64,000 nt of DNA from an uncultured Planctomycetaceae bacterium (GCA_963815195.1 CAWFGE010000013.1:832001-896000), one strand, 5' to 3'. Positions 42,685 to 53,341 are shown, counted from the stretch's first letter. Program-made: numbers and translations. Notes: generated by a model from the sequence alone, not told the origin.

Positions 42685-43152
42685 TCACCGCGGAGCCTCG
42701 GCGAGGCCGTTTCCGTCCTGGCTGGCCAGCGGCGAGTTGGCGAGGGCCTTGAGTTCCTGGGCAATGGATTCCTGGCCCCGTTGGATTTCGGCGACCAGTT
42801 TCTCGGCACCGGGATGTTCTTCGCAGGCGGGGAGCGTCCGCCGGGCGTCTTCGACCAGCGACTCTTGGTTGTGAATCAACTGGTCCAATAGGAAATCCAA
42901 GGCCACGTAATGCAGGTCCGTGTATTCGGTGGGATAGCTGCCGAAGTCGATCGTCCAATCGGCCTCGTAGAGCAATTCCGTGAGCTGGGCGATCTGGCGT
43001 TCTTGCTGTTTAACCAGTTCCTGAATCTTGCGCTGGGCTTCGTCCTTGTGCGCATCCGCCCACGGCCAGCACTCTCCGACGTATTGCAACAAACTTCGCC
43101 CCACGTTGATGAGGAGATCGTTGAGCGCGGCATACGTCGAAACATCGGACAT
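42685..43152 (-). CDS. Hypothetical helical protein, possibly ferritin-like
   Basis: About 155-aa helical ORF (SLLQYVGECWPW, YPTEYTDLHY), co-oriented between nuoN and tatD. Confidence 0.7.
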   Translation of the reverse strand: MSDVSTYAALNDLLINVGRSLLQYVGECWPWADAHKDEAQRKIQELVKQQERQIAQLTELLYEADWTIDFGSYPTEYTDLHYVALDFLLDQLIHNQESLVEDARRTLPACEEHPGAEKLVAEIQRGQESIAQELKALANSPLASQDGNGLAEAPR

Positions 43153-43211
43153 GTTGGAAAACCTTGCGAAACCATTCCAATAACCAAACGCCATCGATCA
43201 GCGACAGCCGA

Positions 43212-44825
43212 TCACGGAAACAACGCCGAGGCGATGTCCCGGGCGCGATAGCTGAGGCTGTCCATCAACGGCCCGAAAATCCCCAACAGCACGACCGGCA
43301 CGGTGATGATCCCGACATACCACACCGAGTTGAGCGGAACGTCCGCGGCGCGGGCTTCCTCGGGACGCGGGTTGATGAACATCGCCTTCAGCACGCGGAG
43401 ATAATAAAACAGGCTGAACACGGTGTTCAAACCGCCGATGCCCAGGACGGCCCACATAAACCAGTGAATTTTTCCCGCCTGGAACAGCGCCGCGAAGATA
43501 TACCACTTGCCGAAGAACCCGCCCAGCGGGGGCAGGCCCACCAGACTAAACAGGCAGATGAGCATAAACACGCACAGCCCGGGGCATTGGCTCACAAGGC
43601 CGTCGTAGTCGGCGATTTCTTCGCTGAAAATTTCGTTGCGGATCAAGGCGACGATGGCAAACGCCCCCAGGTTCATAAACAGATACACGCCCAGGTAAAA
43701 GAGCAGCCCGCCCACGGCCCGGGTGACTTCGCTGTAGGAACCCGCGGCCGCGCCTTCGCTGGCGGCCCCGTGCAAAATGACCATCATCGCCGCGACAGCC
43801 ATCAGCATGTAACCCGCATGCGCGATCGTCGAATAGGCCAACAGCCGCTTGATGTTGGTCTGGGCATAAGCGGCCAGGTTTCCGAACGTCGCCGTGACCG
43901 CCGCCACGATTCCCAGGCCTATCCCCAAGGCGAGTTTCAGGTTGGAAAGGGCCAGGGGATCGGTCCCGCCGAGCGCGACGCAAAACCGCACCAGGAGGGC
44001 AAACGCGGCGGCTTTGGAGGCGACCGAAAGAAAGCCCGCCACCTCCGCGGGGGCTCCTTCAAAGGCGTCCGGACACCAGAAGTGGAACGGAAACAGCGAC
44101 AACTTGAACGCCAATCCCACCAGAACCATGATCGCCCCGAGCGCGATCGTGCGCATGCCTGGGTCCGCGAGGCTCGCATCGGACCCGGCCACCAGCACAA
44201 TCCGCGACGCCAACTCCGGCAGGTTCGCCGTTCCCAACAGACCCGCAAGCAGGCTGATGCCATACAGCATCACTCCCGCGGCACCGGCTCCATACACCAC
44301 GTATTTGAGAGCCGCTTCGCTGCCGGTCCGCCGGCCCTTGAGAAAGCCGACCATCACGTAACTGGGGACGCTCGTCATCTCCACGCCCAGGAACAAAATC
44401 AGCAGATGATTGGCGCTCGCCATCAACATCATGCCGATCGTGGACCCGATCAGCAGCGTGTAAAAGTCCGGCCCGTCCTCATCGTCGGGAATGCCCGTCA
44501 GCACGGTGAGTGCGATCACCAGGATCAAAAACAGCAGCAGAAACAGCCGGAAAAAGACCGTGAACTTGTCGTAGATCAACATCCCGGTGAAGATTTCCGT
44601 CGTCGTCATGTCGCCGCGAAACTGGGTCCACGCCACCCAGAACGCGATGAACGCCCCCACCAGCGCCACCCAATACGGAGACAGCACGCGGTCGCCATTG
44701 AACAACCGCCACAGGAGGAGCGCGACGATGGTTCCGCACAACACCAATTCGGGGCCGAACAGGCCCACGGAATTGGGCGTGTTCGATTCGACCAGTTGCT
44801 CTATGATTTGCGAAAAGTTGTTCAT
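43212..44825 (-). CDS. nuoN: NADH-quinone oxidoreductase subunit N
   Basis: SEAALKY, FKLSLFPFHFWCPDAFEGAP, KRLLAYSTIAHAGY and GLPPLGGFFGK. Confidence 0.93.
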   Translation of the reverse strand: MNNFSQIIEQLVESNTPNSVGLFGPELVLCGTIVALLLWRLFNGDRVLSPYWVALVGAFIAFWVAWTQFRGDMTTTEIFTGMLIYDKFTVFFRLFLLLFLILVIALTVLTGIPDDEDGPDFYTLLIGSTIGMMLMASANHLLILFLGVEMTSVPSYVMVGFLKGRRTGSEAALKYVVYGAGAAGVMLYGISLLAGLLGTANLPELASRIVLVAGSDASLADPGMRTIALGAIMVLVGLAFKLSLFPFHFWCPDAFEGAPAEVAGFLSVASKAAAFALLVRFCVALGGTDPLALSNLKLALGIGLGIVAAVTATFGNLAAYAQTNIKRLLAYSTIAHAGYMLMAVAAMMVILHGAASEGAAAGSYSEVTRAVGGLLFYLGVYLFMNLGAFAIVALIRNEIFSEEIADYDGLVSQCPGLCVFMLICLFSLVGLPPLGGFFGKWYIFAALFQAGKIHWFMWAVLGIGGLNTVFSLFYYLRVLKAMFINPRPEEARAADVPLNSVWYVGIITVPVVLLGIFGPLMDSLSYRARDIASALFP

Positions 44826-44883
44826 GAAGTCTATCTCGATCGGCCGAGGCCGGCTGCCATCAAAATGGGATTTGCGGGATGAA

Positions 44884-46526
44884 TCAGCGGCTCGCCGTGG
44901 TTTCGGAAACGAACGATGCGGCGGCCCGGTAACCTTCATCGAGCATTGTAATCAGGTGCGCGGTGGAGGCTTGCATCAAGTCGAGCATCATTCGCGGATA
45001 GACGCCCAGCGCAATCGCCATCACCAGCAGCGAGACCGCCACCACCATTTCGCGGCCGTTGATCGGGGACAGGGCTTCGGGATGCGGGCCTTTGTATTCC
45101 GGACCCAGGTACACCCGCTGGATTGTCCACAGGATGTAGCCCGCGGTCAGAATCACGCCGGAAGCCGCGATGATCGCCAGGACCGGGGAATAACTCCAAC
45201 TGCTCAAGACGACGAACACTTCGCCGATGAACCCGCACAAGCCCGGCAGCCCCAGCCCGGCGAAAAAGATGCCCACGGCCAATGCGGAGTACAACGGCAT
45301 CTTGCTCATCAGCCCGCCGAACTGGTTGAGATCCCGGTGGTGCACGCGGTCGTAAAGCACGCCGACCATAAAGAACATGCCGGCCGAGGACACCCCGTGG
45401 GCCAGCATCTGGAACATCGCCCCGTTCATCCCCATGTGCCAGAAGTCTTTGTTCGCAACGCCCCCGGCTTCGTTGATCTTCCACACGGCGAGGCCGATGA
45501 TCACATACCCCATATGGCTCACCGAACTGTAGGCCACGAGGCGTTTGAAGTCGGTCTGCGCAAGCGCGGCGAACGCTCCATAAATAATGCTGAACGCTCC
45601 GATCACGACCAGCGCATAAGCGGCATACTGGGCTCCGTAGGGACACAGCGGAAACGCGATGCGAATGATCCCGTATCCGCCCATTTTCAATAGCACCCCG
45701 GCCAGGATCATGCTGATTGGCGTCGGGGCTTCGACGTGGGCATCGGGGAGCCAGGTGTGGAACGGGAACGTCGGCACTTTGATCGCAAATCCGATGAACA
45801 AGAGAATGAACGCCGTGATCTGCATGGTCGGACTGAAAGCGATGCCGTTCACGCTGCCTTGGGCGATGTTGGCGAGTTGCATCAGGTCGAATGTGGATTC
45901 CCCGGTCGCGTTTGTGCTGCCGAAGTAAAACATCAGCATCGCGATCAGCATCAGCACGCTGCCCGCGAGGGTATACAGGAAGAACTTGATCGCCGCGTAT
46001 TCCTTCCGCGGCCCGCCCCAAACACCGATGAGGAAATACATCGGCAGCAGCATGACTTCCCAGAACACGTAAAACAGGAAGAAGTCGAGCGCGAGGAACA
46101 CGCCCAACATCCCGGTCTCCAGGAGCAGGAACAAAATCAAGTAGCCCTTGACCTGCTTGGTAATGCTCCACGACGCCAGCATCGACAGCATGCTGATGAA
46201 GGTCGTGAGCAACACGAGCGGGAGGCTGATCCCGTCAAATCCAAGCTTGTAGTAAATGTTCCAGGTCGGAATCCAATCGGCGGTGTAGCCGCGGACCTCT
46301 TTGGTCTGGTCGCCGTCTTGGACAGTCTGCACGGGCTGGACGCCGGGGTCGTCGACGTCGTAATACTGCCCCCCAAGAGGAACAGCGAGAAGATGAACGT
46401 CACGATTGTCACGCCCAGCGCAAAGTTCCGCATTTCGTTCCAGGCGTTTTTGTTGAAAAACACGAGGAAAATCGCCCCCAAGGTGGGGATGAAAATGATC
46501 GCCGATAATAACAATCCGGGAGGCAT
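44884..46526 (-). CDS. nuoM: NADH-quinone oxidoreductase subunit M; apparent frameshift in the C6 run at 46369-46374
   Basis: DGISLPL, FYVFWEVMLLP, PFHTWLPDAHVEAP, KRLVAYSSVSHMG and GFIGE. Confidence 0.92.
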
Positions 46527-46628
46527 GGTCTGCGTAATCCCTTCTGGAGAACTTTATAAGCCAGTTGCCACTGTTGGAATCAAACGGCGGCCCGGTTCCG
46601 GGAGCCGAGGGTTTGTGTTCGTCAAATC

Positions 46629-48980
46629 TCACCACAGCATGGCCACGATGGGCACAAAGATCGCAAGCGCCCCCACGGCCAGCAAAATAAACAGCACATA
46701 TTGCCTTAAATAGCCCGTCTGCACCCGGCGAAGCCAGGTGCCGGCCCAAAACGTCCGATCCCCCACGACGTTGACCAACCCGTCCACCGCCCGCTCGTCG
46801 AACCAGCGGTCCCAACGGGAAATCTGCAGGCACGACGCGGCGAGCCAGTGGAGAATGCCATCCAGCACTCCGCGGTCGAAGCGCGTGATCCAGCGGCCGA
46901 CGACGTGGGGCGGACGCACGAATGCCGTATCGTAGAGTTCGTCGAACTGCCATTTCTCCACGAGGAAGCGGTGCACGCCCGCGAATTGCCTTTTGATCTC
47001 CGCCGGCTCGACGACCTTCGCCCCGTAAACCAGATAGGCCAGAATGGCCCCGGCGAACGCCACGATCAACGCCCACATGCCGGCCTGGCTGTGCACGGCG
47101 TGGATGTCGTGGTGTCCGGGGAGCGAAATGCCCATCAAACCGGCGAGCGCTTGCCCGTGGGCGACGCCGGGGGGTTCGCTGCCGATGATCGTCATGTAAA
47201 GCGGCCCCTCTTCACCCCCAAAGGCACAGAACGCCGCGAAAAAAGCCAGCACGAGCAAAGGCACGGTCATCACCCACCGGGATTCGTGAACGTGATCGTA
47301 AAGCTCCCGATCGCGAGGCTCGCCCCAAAACGTGTAGAACCACAAGCGGAACATATAGAACGCCGTGATCCCCGCCGTCACCAGGGGAATGAAATACAAC
47401 AAAAAGTGGACCGGGTTGAGGTACCAATGGGCGAGCGCCGTCGCGAGGATGGCATCTTTGGAATGGTAGCCTGAAAACGCGAGCGCGGTTCCGGGAATGG
47501 CCAGTCCGCAAATCGCGATCACGCCGACGAGCATCGTCAGCGCTGTGATCGGCATTTTTTTGAGCAAGCCGCCCATGCGGGGCATTTCCTGCTCGTGATG
47601 GCAGCCGACGATTACGCTGCCCGAGCACAGAAACAACAGCGATTTGAAGAACGCGTGCGTGAAGAGGTGGAACACGCCCGCGCCCCAGCCGGCCACGCCC
47701 AACACGAGCATCATGTATCCCAACTGGCTGATCGTGGAATAGGCCAGCACGCGTTTGATGTCCGTCGCCACGATCGCGATCGTCGCCCCCAGAAACAGCG
47801 TGATGCACCCCACGTAGGCGATCACCAACAGCACTTCCGGGAGGAACATCGGATAGAACCGGGCCGTCAGATACACGCCCGCCGCGACCATCGTGGCCGA
47901 GTGCACCAAGGCCGAGACCGGCGTGGGGCCTTCCATCGCGTCCGGGAGCCAGGTTTGCAGCGGGAACTCGGCGCTCTTGCCGACGCACCCGCAAAACACG
48001 CCGATCCCCGCAACCATCAGCAGCCAATAGGGAATCGTCCGCGAAGACTCGGCCTCGGCTTCCATTCCGGGTTTTTCCGCGACGGCGGGTTCGGTCTCTT
48101 CGCCGTGGTGCGCTTCGCCCGATTGCAAATGCACCACCGCCCCGGATTCGCTCTGGTCCACGTGCATGTGCCCGTGAGCGTCCGAGACCATCGCGAACAG
48201 GCCGGGCTGTTTGTGCTCGGGATCCTCGGCCGAGGGCAAACCGCCGAAGCTGAACGTGCCGAAGTACGTCCACACGACCATCATCCCGATCAGAAACCCG
48301 AAGTCGCCCACGCGATTCATGATGAAGGCTTTGTTCGCGGCGGTGCTGGCGGAATGGCGTTCAAAGTAGAAGCCGATCAACAGGTAGCTGGTCACACCGA
48401 CGAGTTCCCAGAAGATGAACACCATCAGGATGCTGCCCGAGATCACAATGCCCAGCATGGAAAAGCTGAACAGCGACATATAGGCGAAAAAGCGGGAGTA
48501 CCGGCCGGGCCGATGAAAATGCCCGCCGGACGGCGTGTGGACTTGATGATCGACGTAGTCGTCGGTCAGTTCATCGCTCATGTAGCCCAGCGCGAACACG
48601 TGAATACACGTCGCGATCAGGGTGACCATCATGAACATCGCCAGGGTCAGACTGTCGATGTAATACTCCAAGCCGATGGTCAAATCGCCGAACGAGCCCA
48701 GCGTGTACCACAGTCCGGAGAACACGGCGAGCTCCCTGTGCCCTTCTTCGCCGGGCGGGTGAAACGCGGCCCACTCCGTGGAGCCGCCCCAGAACAGAAA
48801 CGCAATCACGCTGAGGACAAACCCCGTGCCGATGCAACCGACGGCAAAAAACGCCGCCCACTTGCATTTGCGATCCGGCTGCCAAATGGGGGCACAGATC
48901 TCGACGCAAAACCCAAACAGGGGCAACAGAAACGCCGCGAGGAGAAGGTTCGGAACAATGACAGCCGCTTGGTCGGACAT
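46629..48980 (-). CDS. nuoL: NADH-quinone oxidoreductase subunit L (with His-rich insertions)
   Basis: KAFIMNRVGDFG, PLQTWLPDAMEGPTPVSALVHSATMV, KRVLAYSTISQLG and HAFFK. Confidence 0.95.
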   Translation of the reverse strand: MSDQAAVIVPNLLLAAFLLPLFGFCVEICAPIWQPDRKCKWAAFFAVGCIGTGFVLSVIAFLFWGGSTEWAAFHPPGEEGHRELAVFSGLWYTLGSFGDLTIGLEYYIDSLTLAMFMMVTLIATCIHVFALGYMSDELTDDYVDHQVHTPSGGHFHRPGRYSRFFAYMSLFSFSMLGIVISGSILMVFIFWELVGVTSYLLIGFYFERHSASTAANKAFIMNRVGDFGFLIGMMVVWTYFGTFSFGGLPSAEDPEHKQPGLFAMVSDAHGHMHVDQSESGAVVHLQSGEAHHGEETEPAVAEKPGMEAEAESSRTIPYWLLMVAGIGVFCGCVGKSAEFPLQTWLPDAMEGPTPVSALVHSATMVAAGVYLTARFYPMFLPEVLLVIAYVGCITLFLGATIAIVATDIKRVLAYSTISQLGYMMLVLGVAGWGAGVFHLFTHAFFKSLLFLCSGSVIVGCHHEQEMPRMGGLLKKMPITALTMLVGVIAICGLAIPGTALAFSGYHSKDAILATALAHWYLNPVHFLLYFIPLVTAGITAFYMFRLWFYTFWGEPRDRELYDHVHESRWVMTVPLLVLAFFAAFCAFGGEEGPLYMTIIGSEPPGVAHGQALAGLMGISLPGHHDIHAVHSQAGMWALIVAFAGAILAYLVYGAKVVEPAEIKRQFAGVHRFLVEKWQFDELYDTAFVRPPHVVGRWITRFDRGVLDGILHWLAASCLQISRWDRWFDERAVDGLVNVVGDRTFWAGTWLRRVQTGYLRQYVLFILLAVGALAIFVPIVAMLW

Positions 48981-49023
48981 GCGATTCTCGTCTATTCAAA
49001 GGTCGCCAGGACCGAATGATTTC

Positions 49024-49227
49024 AATTCGAATATCGAAATCCGAAACAAATTCAAAATCCCAATGTTCCAAAACGCCGCTTTGAAAACCCGGCAGATGCA
49101 TTAGCCCGAAACGCAACCGAGGGGATGCGAGAACCCTGGCCTGCGCTGCGGGCTGGAATTCCGTTTTCTGTTTCGAGCCTTCGAGTTTTGGTCATTAAGA
49201 ATTGTTTCGGATTTCGAGATTCGGATT
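49024..49227. repeat. Heptamer-based (AATCCGA-type) inverted-repeat element between nuoK and nuoL
   Basis: Arms at 49024-49049 and 49202-49227 are reverse complements at 24/26 positions. Confidence 0.8.
49101..49156. repeat. GC-rich REP-like palindrome nested within the heptamer element
   Basis: ttagcccgaaacgcaaccgaggg ... ccctggcctgcgctgcgggctgg forms an imperfect hairpin. Confidence 0.65.
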
Positions 49228-49236
49228 TTTCCTTGT

Positions 49237-49545
49237 TTAGCCCTTCAAGTCATCCCCGCGGTCGACATCGATCGTGAGGTGGTTGTTGTAAAAGTTGAGG
49301 GCAATGGCCAATGCGACGGCGGCCTCGGCGGCCGCGAGCACGATCACGAACAGCGACACCACCTGCCCGTCGAGTCCCAGCGGCGTGAAATGCGAAAAGG
49401 CGACGAAGTTTACGTTGGCTCCGTTAAGCACCAACTCCACGCCCATCAACACGCCGATGCCGTTGCGCTTCGTCGCCATGCAAATTACGCCGGCGACAAA
49501 TAAAATCGCCCCCACGGCCAGATATTCCGTCAATCCAATGCCCAT
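49237..49545 (-). CDS. nuoK: NADH-quinone oxidoreductase subunit K
   Basis: LMGVELVLNGANVNFVAF and AAAEAAVALA; 102 aa. Confidence 0.95.
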   Translation of the reverse strand: MGIGLTEYLAVGAILFVAGVICMATKRNGIGVLMGVELVLNGANVNFVAFSHFTPLGLDGQVVSLFVIVLAAAEAAVALAIALNFYNNHLTIDVDRGDDLKG

Positions 49546-49588
49546 GCCATCGCCTCAATGTCTGTTGATTGATTCCAAGTGTCTGTTT

Positions 49589-50470
49589 CTACGTGGCGGT
49601 GGATTGCATCCGGCGTTTGGCCCGGGCCAGGTACGCCGCCCCAATCAACACCACCAGCAAATGCACGGATGCGATTTCGAACGGCAGCAAATAGCCGGTG
49701 GAAAGCGCCGCCGATTGGGCCGCTTCGGTTTCGTCCCCCGCTTCGGCCGGGTGTTCAATGTGATCCGCCGCCGGAACCGTCTTGACGACGTAAAACCCGT
49801 CGCTCAGCCGCTGAAGGCCGACAGGCGAGCCCAGGTCCTGATCGGGCCGGGATCCCAACAGGCTGAAACCCAACGGGCGAATCGTCCCGCCCGTTTTCGT
49901 GGACGGAGCGAACGAAAGATGATTGGCCTCGAGCAAAGCGAGCAACCGCTGTTCCTGCTCGTCGTCCAGTTCGTTGTCGGGGGACAGCCGATAGACCTTG
50001 GTGCCCTGCACGTCCTGCTCTTGATACGCGGACGCGAGCAGCTTGGCATCGTCTTGATCCGCGTTCGCGCGGATGTCTTCAAAGCGTTCGGCGGAGACGG
50101 CCACGAGCCGGAGCGTCGAGCGGTTCCAATCGACGTCCGCCACGCCTTGATACATGATGAAGAACACGATCGCCCCCACGGCGGCCACGGCAATCAGGTT
50201 GCCGGGGGCCATTTTGAGGACGTTGTAGGGACCGCTTGCAGTGAGCATCACGCCGAAGATCAAAAGCACCACCGTGCCCCCGACGTAGACCAGAAGCTGC
50301 GTGGCGGCGACGAAGTCGGCGTGCAGCAAAAAGAACAGCCCGGCCGTCGAACCGAGGGACACGATCAGCCAGAACGCCATCCGCACGACGTTTTGCGAAA
50401 CCACGACAGCCACCGCACCCAACGAGGCGGCGAGAGCCAAAAACCAAAAGAGAATTGTTCCGCCGGTCAT
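49589..50470 (-). CDS. nuoJ: NADH-quinone oxidoreductase subunit J (with large insertion)
   Basis: ADFVAATQLLVYVGG..VLLIFGVML and YLLPFEIASVHLLVVLIGA. Confidence 0.92.
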   Translation of the reverse strand: MTGGTILFWFLALAASLGAVAVVVSQNVVRMAFWLIVSLGSTAGLFFLLHADFVAATQLLVYVGGTVVLLIFGVMLTASGPYNVLKMAPGNLIAVAAVGAIVFFIMYQGVADVDWNRSTLRLVAVSAERFEDIRANADQDDAKLLASAYQEQDVQGTKVYRLSPDNELDDEQEQRLLALLEANHLSFAPSTKTGGTIRPLGFSLLGSRPDQDLGSPVGLQRLSDGFYVVKTVPAADHIEHPAEAGDETEAAQSAALSTGYLLPFEIASVHLLVVLIGAAYLARAKRRMQSTAT

Positions 50471-51756
50471 CGGTGGGTCCTTTCCGCGGAAGAATCCGAC
50501 TCGGCGGAAACCATCGCGGCCGGTTGTTGAATCAGAATCCGCTGGGCGGTTTCGGGGGTCGCTTCACGGACGCTCGCGGCCTTCGGCGAGGATTCGCCCA
50601 ACGGGGCTGAGAATAGCGCCGGCCGGCCGACAAAGGCAATCAGCACAAGCGGCCAAAGCGTCGCCCCCAAAAACAACACGCAGCTAATCGGCACCAGATA
50701 CTTCAAACACGTCTGCATCACCTGGTCGATCCGCAGGCGGGGAAACGTCCACCGCACCCACACCTGCACCAGCACCAACACCGACGCCTTGGTGAGAATC
50801 ACCACCATCCCGAACAGATGGCCTAAGTAGGTGCTCACCCCCGCCCCCGCCAGTTCGCTCAAGGAGTCTCCCCGCGCGAAAATCTTCTCCATCCCAAGCC
50901 CGGTGTACCAGCCCCCCAGAAACAGGATCGCGGCCACGGCGCTCACCAGGAACATCGCGGCATACTCGGCCATGAAAAAGTACGACCACCGCATGCCGCT
51001 GTATTCCGTGTGAAACCCGCCGACGAGTTCGCTCTCCGCCTCGGCCAAATCGAACGGGGCCCGTTTGCAGCCCGCCGTCGCCACGGTGAAATACACGAAA
51101 AATGCGATAAATGTGAAGGGATTATTGAAGATCAGCCAGTTCCAAAAAGCCCCTCGCTGATAGTCGCCGATCTCGCCGAGATTCAGCGTTCCAACCGCCA
51201 CGATGGGCACGAGGCCGCAAATGGCGAGCGGGATTTCGTAGCTCACCATCTGAGCCGATTCCCGCATCCCGCCGAACAGGGACCACTTCGACCCGCTGGA
51301 ATAGCCCGCGAGGACAATCCCGATGACTTCCAGCGAGAGAATCGCCAACAACAGAAACAAGCCGATGTCGGAAGCCACCGACACCCAGGTGCTGCTTACG
51401 GGTAGCACCATGAAGGCACAAAACGCGGCAATGCAGGCCAGGTACGGGGCCATGCGGAACAGCATCCCGTCCGCCGCCGTGGGAACCAGATCTTCCTTCT
51501 GAATCAACTTGACGCCGTCGGCCAACCCTTGCAGCCAGCCGAACTTGCCCCCCACACGCGTGGGACCCAGGCGGTCTTGAATCCGCCCCGACACCTTTCG
51601 CTCGGCCCAAATGAAGATCAAAGGCACATTGGCAAAGATGCCCAGGATCAAGACCACGTGCACCACAGCCGCCAGAAAACCGGCCGTGGTGGGACTGATT
51701 TCCCAACCCAGCAGGTTTCTTGTATCGGCAATATCCGCAAAGAGTAGACTCAGCAT
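50467..51756 (-). CDS. nuoH: NADH-quinone oxidoreductase subunit H
   Basis: WAERKVSGRIQDRLGP, ADGVKLIQKE, AQMVSYE, RAPFDLAEAESELVGG and PRLRIDQ. Confidence 0.95.
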   Translation of the reverse strand: MLSLLFADIADTRNLLGWEISPTTAGFLAAVVHVVLILGIFANVPLIFIWAERKVSGRIQDRLGPTRVGGKFGWLQGLADGVKLIQKEDLVPTAADGMLFRMAPYLACIAAFCAFMVLPVSSTWVSVASDIGLFLLLAILSLEVIGIVLAGYSSGSKWSLFGGMRESAQMVSYEIPLAICGLVPIVAVGTLNLGEIGDYQRGAFWNWLIFNNPFTFIAFFVYFTVATAGCKRAPFDLAEAESELVGGFHTEYSGMRWSYFFMAEYAAMFLVSAVAAILFLGGWYTGLGMEKIFARGDSLSELAGAGVSTYLGHLFGMVVILTKASVLVLVQVWVRWTFPRLRIDQVMQTCLKYLVPISCVLFLGATLWPLVLIAFVGRPALFSAPLGESSPKAASVREATPETAQRILIQQPAAMVSAESDSSAERTHR

Positions 51757-52070
51757 GCCCGGCAAATCATCCGAAAATTATGGAGAGTTGGGCGGGGAGA
51801 TCGACGGAGAACGGATCGGGAAGGAAACCCTCTCGCCCACGATTGGGTTGAACTATCCCAAATCGCAAACAGGGATTCAAGGGACCGAAGTGCTAAAAAT
51901 CCGGCGGGTTGCGGAACACCGAAACGCAACCGCCCTTTTCTCAGAATTGAGAACCTCGGCCGCTCGTTTCCTGCAAATCGCTGCGGGAAATGCCGACTTT
52001 GGGAGAGCGGAAAAAGCAAAGCCCCGACCAAATCGGGGCCTTGTACTGCAATCCGTTTCCCGCGAGTAGG

Positions 52071-53114
52071 CTACCGCTGATAAATGGGCAGATAACCCTT
52101 GCCCAGTTGCAGGATGGTTGCGTTGATGGCGGTGGTGTAGACCGGGCCGATGTGCCCGTCCATCCAGGCGCCCTTATTGCTTCCGCCCGTGGACTGCGAC
52201 TGCACGAGTTGCCCGCCGATCTCCTCGAAGTATTTGGGCCACTGGTCTTCGAGGCGGTACATCACCTGGGCGTAATAGTAATGGGTATAGTGCCAGTGGC
52301 CTGAGAATTCGTTGACGTTCTTGCTCGGCCAGACGTTCTTTTTGCAGAAGTCGAGCATCAACTTGGCCCGCTCGGAATCGTATTCGCCGAAATTGAACAT
52401 CGCCGCCACCCCCGCCGCGGTAATCGGAGGCCGAGCCCCGCCGCCGCGGATGCTGTATTGGACGCCCCCGGCTTGGGCACCGGTTTTGATCGTGCATTTC
52501 CAGACATATTCCTTGCCCCGGTCGATGATGTCCTTGGACACGGGAATCCCCGCGTCCCGGCAAGCCCGGAGACCCTGCACCTGCGTAATGCAGGTCGAAC
52601 CTTCGTCAAAGTTGTTCCCATCCTTCGCCGACACGTATCCCCAGCCACCTTCAGGAGTTTGAGCGTCTCCGCAAAACTCCACGGCCTTGGTGAGCACCCG
52701 GCGGAGATCCGCCCGCCGCTCGGCGTCTTCTTCCTCTCCGTAAACCTGCGAAAGGAACAGCATCGAAAAGCCATGCCCATAGGTGTAGTGGTAGTCGTTT
52801 TGATAGCCGATCAGCCCGTTGGAGCGGGACGTGCTTATCAAATAATCCACGGCGAGGCGAATGTTCTTGGCGTACGGACCGCGTGTCGTGGTGGAACCGC
52901 TGGCCAATAAAGCATTTGCGGCGAGGGCCGTCATCGCGACCCGGTATTGTCCGCCGTTGGCTTCCCAATACCCTTGCCGGCGCTGCTCGCGGGCGAGGTA
53001 GTCGGTCGCGGACTTGATGGCTTGTTCGATTTTGGGGTCCAATTTTTCCGCCCGCGCGGACGCGGCCTGAACGAGAATCCCCGCCGCGGTGAAAACCATC
53101 AATACATTTCGCAT
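52071..53114 (-). CDS. Prenyltransferase/squalene-cyclase repeat (alpha/alpha toroid) secreted protein
   Basis: QW-like repeats (Q..QGYW, QTPEGGWGY, GAW), YGHGFSMLFL and YTHYYYAQ; signal peptide; RBS aggag. Confidence 0.82.
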   Translation of the reverse strand: MRNVLMVFTAAGILVQAASARAEKLDPKIEQAIKSATDYLAREQRRQGYWEANGGQYRVAMTALAANALLASGSTTTRGPYAKNIRLAVDYLISTSRSNGLIGYQNDYHYTYGHGFSMLFLSQVYGEEEDAERRADLRRVLTKAVEFCGDAQTPEGGWGYVSAKDGNNFDEGSTCITQVQGLRACRDAGIPVSKDIIDRGKEYVWKCTIKTGAQAGGVQYSIRGGGARPPITAAGVAAMFNFGEYDSERAKLMLDFCKKNVWPSKNVNEFSGHWHYTHYYYAQVMYRLEDQWPKYFEEIGGQLVQSQSTGGSNKGAWMDGHIGPVYTTAINATILQLGKGYLPIYQR

Positions 53115-53292
53115 CTGAGGCGCACTCCTGGAAAGAAAAGGCTCACACGAGGGCGAGCGACACCCCATTATCAGCAGAAGGGGGGAACGGGGCAACCAAC
53201 AGCAGGACGGAATTCGCGGGATAAGCTAACACCGATTTCCGAAAAACTCGGCGCGGCGGGACCGGGAGAAGCAGGAAGGCAGGGAAAAAGGA

Positions 53293-53341
53293 AACCATTC
53301 GCCTCAAGCGGCTTCCATTCCGCCCGACGAGGCGAATGGTT
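53293..53341. repeat. Intergenic hairpin (13-bp perfect stem)
   Basis: aaccattcgcctc / gaggcgaatggtt, with an inner gcgg/ccgc stem. Confidence 0.65.
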
